From: Psammoneis japonica
Taxonomy: Eukaryota
Assembly (NCBI GenBank): GCA_008632985.1
Contig: QPGO01000100.1
Span: 114,388 to 178,387, forward strand
Direction: 5' to 3'
DNA: 64,000 nt
A program made the translations under genes and the position numbers. The notes under the pieces were generated by a model. That model was not told the DNA's origin and did not search any database. It was given only the letters and a program-made list of their open reading frames with translations. Shown one piece after another: positions 51,330 to 61,726 of the stretch; position 1 is the first letter of the stretch, and every line of letters begins with the position of its first letter.

Positions 51330-54315
51330 CAAGATGTCAAGTTTGTGTGCATTCAGTGTCGCACTTTTCTCCACGCAAAAAGCATGGGTTGACCATGGGA
51401 TTCCCGACGAAGAAGAGCATTCTGTTGGGCTATCTAATTTGCTTCTTATCTTACTTTTCTACATCAGAAGGCATTGGATCAATGAAGCTGACCAACATGG
51501 GGATTTGCAACCTGGTTTTTTCTGCTTTTGGAAAAGTGTCCAGCACCTCTTGCTGACGGGACATGTCATTGCAAAATCAAGGAAGCACAACCCAATCTAG
51601 AGAGTCTTGGGTTCAAGCCTTGGGCAGAAAAGATGAGAGCAATCTTGACAACTTTGACTCAAATCAGAGTGGCAGCAGAGGCGCTGCACATCAAAATCAA
51701 GTCCACACTGCACGGCCAGTTGACTGACATGGGGAAATGGAGGACAGTGTTCCCAAAAGAAGACACGTTGTTGTGCACTGTGTTGCTGATCCATCCCAGC
51801 AGGTTGAGAAACCACTCAAAGAGGCAGGTTCTTTTCAAAGGCTTCTGAAAGTTTTTGGGGTGTGGCTGCACTCACATGACAAACGTCATCGGCGCGAATT
51901 GAGAGGAGAGACATGCAGAGCTGGGGGCTGAAATGCAGGTGGAGCCCCCATGCACTCAGCTGTTTAATCTTCAGAGAGCTGCTGCTGCAAGAAATGAAGG
52001 CAATCCACAATCTGGCAAAACTTGTTGGGGCAGTCCAGAGGCCAAAAAACTGTTTCCTGGTGATTCCAGAGAAGTGAGGAAAATGTGGCGGCAGCTCTGG
52101 AGTGATGCACATCATCAACAGACCACAACAAGTTGGCAAGAAGACACATGAAAGACAGACCAAGGTCATCAATCAATGTGGCAGGGACCAAATCTCTGCA
52201 GCCCTCATGATGCGAACCTTGTGTCACAAAGAAATCTTGCTTTGGGTGGCATTGGCCCAGGCAACAGGCACGCAAGGATGTTGGCAGGAGAGAGGAGGGA
52301 GCTTTGGCAGGCAGAGAAGGAAGGGCAGGAGTCAGAAAAGTTGGAGAGGACAGTCCAAGGTGGCTTTGGGCATGGAAAAAAGCCAAAGAAGAAAGAATGG
52401 AAATGATGGCCAGTGGTCAAAGGGGCAAAGTGTTGGCAAAGGCCATTGAGAGAGGCCAAGGGTTTCAACAATGGCACGGGTGGGATTGTGGGTGTGTGGT
52501 TGGAGAGGGAGCCATTGTGCATTTTGGGGCACACAGAGGCATGGTCATTGAAGGGGTCAAAGGAAGAGTGCAGCTGCAAGGGCAGGGCAAGTGCCAGAGG
52601 TCTGGAGGGTGGCAAGGTGACAGAGCTTGTGAAGGAAAAGAAAGGCAATTTGGAGGGGGAAAAGGCAGCTGCATGGGTGGAAGGAGTGGAGACAGAGCAG
52701 GCTGGCAAGCTGGGGAAAGAGCAGAAGGGGGGTTTTGAAGTTGGGGTGTTGAAGGATGAAAAGGAGAGCAGTCTGATGTGGGGTGTTGCACAGGTGGGCA
52801 CATTGGGCAAGGCCTCAGAGGTGCATTGTGTGGCCAGAAAGAGCAGTGGGAAGCAAGGAGTCAAAGATGGGAGAGCAAAAGAGCCAAAAGACAACATGGA
52901 GGCAGAGGCAAGAGCGGGAGTCAGACAAAGAGGCAAGATGAGCAGAGTGGCTGGGTGGCAAAGAGAAGAGTTGGTCACAAGTGGGGGACACCTCCATGTT
53001 TGGCAAATCAGGAGCAGGGCGGCCAGGAAAGGGAGATGACAAGAAGGAGGAGGGAGGCAACAGCAATGGCTGAGACATCAGCCAAAGCAGCTGATGCCAC
53101 ACCAAGGGAAGCAGAAGGGAGAAGGGCAACAAAAAGAGCTGCAGCAGGGAAGGGGTGGGGTGGGGGGTCACTGTGAGGTGGGAGAGGAAGTGGAGAGAGT
53201 GTGCCCAATGACAGAATCAGCAAAGGGAGAGGCCCTGTGAAAGAGGTTTTGGGTGGGTGTCGGGGGACAGGAGGTTGCAGCAGGCACCAGCAGCAGAAAA
53301 AAAGCAACAGATGCTGGGCCAGAGGGGGTGGAGCAATTGCAGGAGAGTGTGCTTTGGGTTTGCAGGCACCAAGGGCAGCAGAGGTCTTGGGCAAAGAGGT
53401 GGAGGAGGCAGCCTTGGACAAAAGAAAGTTCATGGAAGCAAGTTGCTGACCAAGAATGTGGGCACCAACAGCAAATTCAAGATGTGTGTCAACAGTTGTT
53501 GACAAGACAAGGCATTCTTGGAGAAGGTGGCATCATCATCTGGAGAGAGGGAGTGAGGGGAGTCAGAGATGGAAGCGAAGAGATTTTTGTTTTAAAAAAA
53601 ATTGAGGACAATGCCAAGGGGAGGGCCTGGGTGGGTCAGATGCTCAAGGAACCAAGGCATGACAAAGTGGGGCAGAAAGGCATGGTGTGTTTGTGCACTG
53701 AAGCAATCCAGAGATTGCTGTTTTGTTGAGCTGTTGACCCAGCCCGCAAAGAGGCAGGCCTCAAATGAATCAAAACACTTTGTGAAAAAATGTGAGTGTG
53801 GAGCTTCAATCTTCTTGAGCCACAATGCTCCCCACTCTCCAGGAGCTTTTTGTTGTGTTGCTTGGCATGAAAAATGTGCTTGTTGAGCAACAAACATGGG
53901 CACACATGATTCATGAGAGACGGCGCCACTCAACCGCTCGCAAAACAACGAGTGAGCTCCCCACCAGAATTGCCGCAAGCAAACAAGCTTTTGATTTTGC
54001 CAGCTTTTGCAGCATTGATTCACAATTGTTTTTGGGACAAACACAGAATGTGCATGATCATTGAGATGCCACTCTGCTGGCAAGCAGAAGCTCCCCAGCT
54101 GCTGTGAGCAAGCAACCTTTTGCTTTGGCCAGCTTTGCAATGTTGATCTGCAGCTGTTTCTGTGCCTCCCACTGGGAGAAGACGTTTCTCAACACCAGCA
54201 CCAGCAGCACAGTTTCACCTGGGTGTGCCATGGCCATTGGCAAGAGGGGTTTTTTTTGGGGGAAAAGACTGACGATGACACAACATGCAGTCCCAGCTGT
54301 TGGAGATGGGACTTC
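51330..54315. other. TpA/CpG-depleted spacer X1
   Basis: Converted composition with a purine-rich middle; family not recognised. Confidence 0.9.
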
Positions 54316-54560
54316 AATGCCGCTGCTGCTGCCGCGCACACAGTTTTGCGCGATCATGGAATGGAGTCTGTCTTGTCCATGTGCATTGCTGCAAGTGTTG
54401 AAGCATCATTTTAGGAGATGCAGCAACATTCCTCTTTTGAATGTCCGCCCCATAAATGGAGTAGCATTGAAAGAGTTGCTGCTCTCAGTGAGCAAGTTCG
54501 AGATTACGCACGGGAAGAACAAGTGGTGCGACAAAGGTGCATTGAATTAATTCGGCTGTG
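54316..54560 (+). pseudogene. 3' fragment of the 48752-49966 gene, TA-converted
   Basis: Aligns to 49724-49960 with Y>H/C changes and a TAG stop. Confidence 0.9.
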
Positions 54561-54726
54561 TTACCTTGCTCTGTTGCAATCATGTGCCGCACTTGCTGTT
54601 TTGGTGCTTTTGTTGAATGTGATTACTTCCACAAGGAGAAAACTCCGCGGGGTCGCGCCCCGCACCCTCCTTTTACCTCGTTTGGAATCAAGCCAAGAAG
54701 GGAACCAAGTTCTTCTTTATTCGCTG

Positions 54727-55715
54727 TCAAACAGACAACTGCGTCGACAAATAGTTTGCCAGCTCTCGGTGCCCTGTCGGGTTGGGATGCAAAGCGTTGG
54801 TGATTGGGCTTGTCTCAAATTCCCAGATCCAGCGATCGGGATTCTTAACAAATGGTTTCGGGTCAGTCTCGTGTCCAGCAAAGAGGCTCATTGTGTCCAC
54901 AAACTGAAAGGTGGGACCATTGGGGATCGCATTGGCAGTGGCGACAGCTCGTTCAAAGGTCGCCTTCTGCTTGTCTGCAAAGGTGCGGCATTCCTTGCGC
55001 ACATTGATGGCAATGAAAAAGCCAAACAACCAGTCGTTTTTGTCTGGCACAAGGTGCGGGTGGTTGACCATGGCCACTGTGGCTTGGCTGGACAATTTCG
55101 TCGCAAGCTCAGAGAACATGGCATCAAGTTGGTCCTCAACAGCGGGTAAGGTGGCAGTGGCTTCCGCTAGCTCCTTTCTGCAATTGCGTGCATTTCGTGT
55201 AATGAGGCAGGCTCTGGTCATCTCGGGAAACCCAGCATCATTGCCGCCAACCGAAATGAGCACCAGGTCGGTGGACGCATCGACAGCCTCGATCTGTTTC
55301 TTCAAGCACCGAGTGCACAACAAGCCTTCTTTCTCAAACTCTTCATCTTGGTTTTCCGGAGGACAAGAACCAAGAAATGTGTTCTTCTCTCTGCGATTGG
55401 TGATGTCCTCGACTCGTCCATTGCAACAAGCTCGATTGACAAAAGAGTCAGCAGCAGCAAGCGAGTCGGCATGCTGGCTAGCCCAACCAGTGCCGCAGGG
55501 CTCCGAGCACAGCCACTCGGCCCATCGTAATTTTCCTTTCCAAACTCGTCGCGCGCTCCGGTTCCAGAGGCAAATGAATCGCCAAGTGCCACCACATTGA
55601 GGGCGACCGAGACATGAGGACACAAGAACAACATCGGCATTAACAGTCCCACAGACAGCGATGCGGCTTTCACTGCTTTGATTGCTGATGAGACGGTGTT
55701 CATAGAGTCTGACAT
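54727..55715 (-). pseudogene. SGNH hydrolase copy B (chimera of A and C, frameshifted, TA-converted)
   Basis: 5-bp insertion within 55491-55497; CYNG>CCNG, RYL>RCL, NYP>NHP, EYR>ECR relative to copy A. Confidence 0.92.
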
Positions 55716-55929
55716 GTTGTCAACCGAACAATCTGTGTTTGTGTGGCACAATGGGTGCCAATCAACATGACAAAAGCAGGTTCGATGAAGCAGCCTCCAC
55801 CCATGCGGTGATTTATTCCAAAACGTGACGTTGCGTTCCTCACAGTCCGTTGCTTGCCTGCACGCTTGTTTTTTTGTTTTTCAGTTTTACTTGCTCGGGT
55901 GTGCACCGTTTAGGCCCTGTAGGATGACG

Positions 55930-58909
55930 TGGCAAGATGTCAAGTTTGTGTGCATTCAGTGTCGCACTTTTCTCCACGCAAAAAGCATGGGTTGACCATG
56001 GGATTCCCGACGAAGAAGAGCATTCTGTTGGGCCATCTAATTTGCTTCTTGTCTTACTTTTCTACATCAGAAGGCATTGGATCAATGAAGCTGACCAACG
56101 TGGGGATTTGCAACCTGGTTTTTTCTGCTTTTGATGAAGTGTCCAGGGCCTCTTGCTGATGGGACATGTCATTGCAAAATCAAGGAAGCACAACCCAATC
56201 TAGAGAGTCTTGGGTTCAAGCCTTGGGCAGAAAAGATGAGAGCAATCTTGACAACTTTGACTCAAATCAGAGTGGCAGCAGAGGCGCTGCACATCAAAAT
56301 CAAGTCCACACTGCACGGCCAGTTGACTGACATGGGGAAATGGAGGACAGTGTTCCCAAAAGAAGACACGTTGTTGTGCACTGTGTTGCTGATCCATCCC
56401 AGCAGGTTGAGAAACCACTCAAAGAGGCAGGTTCTTTTCAAAGGCTTCTGAAAGTTTTTGGGGTGTGGCTGCACTCACATTGCAAACGTCGTCGGCGCGA
56501 GTTGAGAGGAGAGATGCAGAGCTGGGGGCTGAAATGCAGGTGGAGCCCCCATGCACTCAGCTGTTTAATCTTCAGAGAGCTGCTGCTGCAAGAAATGAAG
56601 GCAATCCACAATCTGGCAAAACTTGTTGGGGCAGTCCAGAGGCCAAAAAACTGTTTCCTGGTGATTCCAGAGAAGTGAGGAAAATGTGGCGGCAGCTCTG
56701 GAGTGATGCACATCATCAACAGACCACAACAAGTTGGCAAGAAGACACATGAAAGACAGACCAAGGTCATCAATCAATGTGGCAGGGACCAAATCTCTGC
56801 AGCCCTCATGATGCGAACCTTGTGTCACAAAGAAATCTTGCTTTGGGCGGCATTGGCCCAGGCAACAGGCACGCAAGGATGTTGGCAGGAGAGAGGAGGG
56901 AGCTTTGGCAGGCAGAGAAGGAAGGGCAGGAGTCAGAAAAGTTGGAGAGGACAGTCCAAGGTGGCTTTGGGCATGGAAAAAAGCCAAAGAAGAAAGAATG
57001 GAAATGATGGCCAGTGGTCAAAGGGGCAAAGTGTTGGCAAAGGCCATTGAGGGAGGCCAAGGGTTTCAACAATGGCACGGGTGGGATTGTGGGTGTGTGG
57101 CTGGAGAGGGAGCCATTGTGCATTTTGGGGCACACAGAGGCGTGGTCATTGAAGGGGTCAAAGGAAGAGTGCAGCTGCAAGGGCAGGGCAAGTGCCAGAG
57201 GTCTGGAGGGTGGCAAGGGTGACAGAGCTTGTGAAGGAAAAGAAAGGCAATTTGGAGGGGGAAAAGGCAGCTGCATGGGTGGAAGGAGTGGAGACAGAGC
57301 AGGCTGGCAAGCTGGGGAAAGAGCAGAAGGGGGGTTTTGAAGTTGGGATGTTGAAGGATGAAAAGGAGAGCAGTCTGATGTGGGGTGTTGCACAGGTGGG
57401 CACATTGGGCAAGGCCTCAGAGGTGCACTGTGTGGCCAGAAAGAGCAGTGGGAAGCAAGGAGTCAAAGATGGGAGAGCAAAAGAGCCAAAAGACAACATG
57501 GAGGCAGAGGCAAGAGTGGGAGTCAGACAAAGAGGCAAGATGAGCAGAGTGGCTGGGTGGCAAAGAGAAGAGTTGGTCACAAGTGGGGGACACCTCCATG
57601 TTTGGCAAATCAGGAGCAGGGCGGCCAGGAAAGGGAGATGACAAGAAGGAGGAGGGAGGCAACAGCAATGGCTGAGACATCAGCCAAAGCAGCTGGTGCC
57701 ACACCAAGGGAAGCAGAAGGGAGAAGGGCAACAAAAAGAGCTGCAGCAGGGAAGGGGTGGGGTGGGGGGTCATTGTGAGGTGGGAGAGGAAGTGGAGAGA
57801 GTGTGCCCAATGACAGAATCAGCAAAGGGAGAGGCCCTGTGAAAGAGGTTTTGGGTGGGTGTCGGGGGACAGGAGGTTGCAGCAGGCACCAGCAGCAGAA
57901 AGAAAGCAACAGATGCTGGGCCAGAGGGGGTGGAGCAATTGCAGGAGAGTGTGCTTTGGGTTTGCAGGCACCAAGGGCAGCAGATGGGCAAAGAGGTGGA
58001 GGAGGCAGCCTTGGACAAAAGGAAGTTCATGGAAGCAAGTTGCTGACCAAGAATGTGGGTGCCAACAGCAAACCCAAGATGTGTGTCAACAGTTGTTGAC
58101 AAGACAAGGCATTCTTGGAGAAGGTGGCATCATCATCTGGAGAGAGGGAGTGAGGGGAGTCAGAGATGGAAGTGAAGAGATTTTTGTTTTAAAAAAATTT
58201 GAGGACAATGCCAAGGGGAGGGCCTGGGTGGGTCAGATGCTCAAGGAACCAAGGCATGACAAAGTGGGGCAGAAAGGCATGGTGTGTTTGTGCACTGAAG
58301 CAATCCAGAGATTGCTGTTTTGTTGAGCTGTTGACCCAGCCCGCAAAGAGGCAGGCCTCAAATGAATCAAAACACTTTGTGAAAAAATGTGAGTGTGGAG
58401 CTTCAATCTTCTTGAGCCACAATGCTCCCCACTCTCCAGGAGCTTTTTGTTGTGTTGCTTGGCATGAAAAATGTGCTTGTTGAGCAACAAACATGGGCGC
58501 ACATGATTCATGAGAGACGGCACCACTCAACCGCTCGCAAAACAACGAGCGAGCTCCCCACCAGAATTGCCGCAAGCAAACAAGCTTTTGATTTTGCCAG
58601 CTTTTGCAGCATTGATTCACAATTGTTTTTGGGACAAACACAGAATGTGCATGATCATTGAGATGCCACTCTGCTGGCAAGCAGAAGCTCCCCAGCTGCT
58701 GTGAGCAAGCAACCTTTTGCTTTGGCCAGCTTTGCAATGTTGATCTGCAGCTGTTTCTGTGCCTCCCACTGGGAGAAGACGTTTCTCAACACCAGCACCA
58801 GCAGCACAGTTTCACCTGGGTGTGCCATGGCCATTGGCAAGAGGGTTTTTTTTGGGGAAAAGACTGACGACGACACAACATGCAGTCCCAGCTGTTGGAG
58901 ATGGGACTT
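55930..58909. other. TpA/CpG-depleted spacer X2 (duplicate of X1)
   Basis: Near-identical to 51330-54315. Confidence 0.92.
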
Positions 58910-59165
58910 CAATGCCGCTGCTGCTGCCGCGCACACAGTTTTGCGCGGTCATGGAATGGAGTCTGTCTTGTCCATGTGTATTGCTGCAAGTGTTGAAGCG
59001 TTATTTTGGGAGATGCAGCAACATTCCTCTTTTGAATGTCCGCCCTATAAATGGAGTAGCATTGAAAGAGTTGCTACTCTCAGTGAACAAGTGCGAGATT
59101 ACGTAGGGCCCTACGGGAAGAACAAGTAGTACGACAAAGGTACATTGAATTAATTCGGCTATATT
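58910..59165 (+). pseudogene. 3' fragment of the 48752-49966 gene
   Basis: Aligns to 49724-49960; 8-bp insertion within 59104-59113. Confidence 0.9.
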
Positions 59166-59329
59166 ACCTTACTCTGTTGCAATCATGTACCGCACTTGCT
59201 GTTTTGGTGCTTTTATTGAATATGATTACTTCCACAAGGAGAAAACTCCGCGGGGTCGCGCCCCGCACCCTCCTTTTACCTCGTTTGGAATCAAGCCAAG
59301 AAGGGAACCAAGTTCTTCTTTATTCGCTG

Positions 59330-60310
59330 TCAAACAGACAACTGCGTCGACAAATAGTTTGCCAGCTCTCGGTGCCCAGTCGGGTTGGGATGCAAAGCGT
59401 CGGTAATTGGGCTTGTCTCAAATTCCCAGATCCAGCGATCGGGATTCTTAACAAATGGTTTCGGGTCAGTCTCGTGTCCAGCAAAGAGGCTCATTGTGTC
59501 CACGAACTGAAAGGTGGGACCATTGGGGATCGCATTGGCAGTGGCGACGGCTCGTTCAAAGGCCGCCTTCTGCTCGTCTTCAAAGGCGCGGTATTCCTTG
59601 GGCATGTTGATGCCAATAAAAAAGCCAAACAACCAGTAGTTTTTGTCTTGCACTTGGTGCGGGTAGTGGACCATGGCCACTCTGGCTTGGCTGGACAGTC
59701 TCGTCGCAAGCTCAGAAAACATGGCATCAAGTTGGTCCTCGACAGCGGGTAAGGTGGCGGTGGCTTCCACTAGCTCATTTCTACATTTGTGCGCATTCCG
59801 TGTAATGAGGCAGGCGGTGGATATCTCGACAAACCCGGCATCAATGCCGCCAACCGAAATGAGCACCAAGTCGGTAGACGCGTCAACAGCCTCAATCTGT
59901 TTCTTCAAGTACCGAGTGCAGAACAGGTCTTCTTTCTCAAACTCTTCATCTTGATTGTCAGGAGGACAAGAACCAAGAAACTTGTTCTTCGCTCTGCGAT
60001 TGGTAATGTCCTTGACTCGTCCATTGGAACAAGCTCGATTGACAAAAGAGTCAGCAGCAAGCGATTCGGCATACTGGCTAGCCCAACCAGTAGGGCTCCT
60101 AGAACAGCCACTCGGCCCATCGTAATTTTCCTTGCCAAACTCGTCGCGCGCTCCGGTTCCAGAGGCAAATGAATCGCCAAGTACCACCACATTGAGAGCT
60201 TCCGAGACTTGAACACAGAATAACAATAACAGCAGCATCAATAGCCCCACAGACAGCGATGCGGCTTTCATAGTTTTGATTGGCGAGACTGTGAACATAG
60301 AGTCTGACAT
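59330..60310 (-). CDS. Secreted SGNH/GDSL hydrolase, copy C
   Basis: Intact ORF; GDSFASG and DALHPNPTGH; block III reads GGID rather than GGND. Confidence 0.88.
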   Translation of the reverse strand: MSDSMFTVSPIKTMKAASLSVGLLMLLLLLFCVQVSEALNVVVLGDSFASGTGARDEFGKENYDGPSGCSRSPTGWASQYAESLAADSFVNRACSNGRVKDITNRRAKNKFLGSCPPDNQDEEFEKEDLFCTRYLKKQIEAVDASTDLVLISVGGIDAGFVEISTACLITRNAHKCRNELVEATATLPAVEDQLDAMFSELATRLSSQARVAMVHYPHQVQDKNYWLFGFFIGINMPKEYRAFEDEQKAAFERAVATANAIPNGPTFQFVDTMSLFAGHETDPKPFVKNPDRWIWEFETSPITDALHPNPTGHRELANYLSTQLSV

Positions 60311-60555
60311 ACTGCCAACCGAACACACTGTGTGAGTGAGACAATGGGTGCCAATCAAAAACAAAAACAGGTGCGGGGGTGAATAAGCGCCGCGCCCTCG
60401 TGCTTCCAACTTCCAAGCGCTCCAAGTTTTTTGCGTGGTTGACAGATAACTCTGAAGAAACAGATCCGGCCGGCCGGCCGGCCGGGCGGGCGGCTTCGGG
60501 CGGACGACGTCGAGCGAGCGACCACATCTTCTACTCTCTAGCTCTACAGTAGCTA

Positions 60556-61280
60556 GAAAGCAGATGAGGGAAAGCTTGGTGTCTCCTTTGCCAGTTCTCT
60601 GCCAAGAATCACCAAAGTGTCGGAGTCGTCAAGCCACGTCGGTCTCATCGAGAAATCAGAAACTGTCACTGGCTTGATCATTCCTGGAGTGATCAAGATT
60701 TGTGGCTTTGGAACATCCCAGCTGCTGTCTCTGCCAAAAACCCACTCAGCTGTTGAAGGGAAGGTCCTGCTTGTTTCCAGCTTGGGCGGAACAGAATCTG
60801 AAGAATCTGGTGGTTGCGGATCGCACATTGTTCTCAAGAAGACATGGAAGGTCAAAGAGTGCCAAGTCGCAACTGAAAAGAGCTTTTCATTTCATGGTCC
60901 AGTGCCCTCGAGCCTCATCCAAGTTGTCAACGAAAATCTCGCAATGATCAAGCCAGTGCAAGGCACTGGCACCATCAAGTTCTCACTTGATGATTCTGGC
61001 CACCACCATGCCAACATGATGCACAACTGTCAAAAATGCGTGAGGAAGACGCACTTGTGTGCATCTGTGACACGATGGAAGCTTTGGGACATCAGTGCCT
61101 CCATCAATTTGATTCGGAAACATCATCCACCAAAGTTGTTGGTGGGTTGTCATGCACTGCACGAGAAATGTTTCTCTTCCACAAGGATTGACCATCTAAA
61201 TTCCTGTCACGTGCGTCCAGGCGCATGAGACATTGGACAACATTGTTTTCTGACCATGAATGCATTGGAAGCATCCCAGA
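60556..61280. other. TpA-depleted but CpG-retaining relic
   Basis: No TA seen from 60556 to 61196, while about 17 CG remain (hand count). Confidence 0.8.
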
Positions 61281-61726
61281 CGATAACAAGCCTTTGGCTG
61301 TAGAACAATTGTTACTTTACAATGTCAGATTGTCACGTGCACGTATTGTGAGGTCTATTTAAGCAATGCTTTCAGAGAGAAAGTAAACCAGAGGTCTGAA
61401 GGCAGACGCGTTCAAGGTTGACACAGGAAGAGCATTGTCAGACGATGTCAGAGGTTGGGGGCACATTCTAGAGTGAAAAGGAAAGGGAAGACTTTGCCAA
61501 GATGGGGAGCGAAGGCGCGTTGATTTTCTAAATTACGAGTATCTTGGCTGCTCCGCGCCTTTTCGTTGACCGTTGTATCTTTGTACTTAGAAGAATCTGA
61601 TTGAAGATCAACATCGACTACCTGTGCGATCCACAAGATTTGTAATTCTGTCCATCATGGACAAGAGAAATAGAGTTGCAATGCGGGCCGATGGCTCTAT
61701 CGACTCTCCTGTATCATAAGAAATCA

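Larger units (their letters stand above)
49724..60340. repeat. Tandem segmental duplication A-X1-B-X2-C, period ~4.59 kb
   Basis: Near-identical ORF sets offset by ~4.6 kb; three SGNH copies; 3' fragments of the 48752 gene at ~54316 and ~58910. Confidence 0.97.

Noticed and set aside
20165..58909. Classical fungal RIP or simple CpG decay as the full explanation
   Set aside because: RIP raises TpA and AT content, and CpG decay does not touch TpA. Paralog comparison shows TA>TG/CA.
60617..61228. Copia protease-like motif VQGTGTIKFSLDDSG
   Set aside because: A single short motif; strand and frame of the relic are uncertain.
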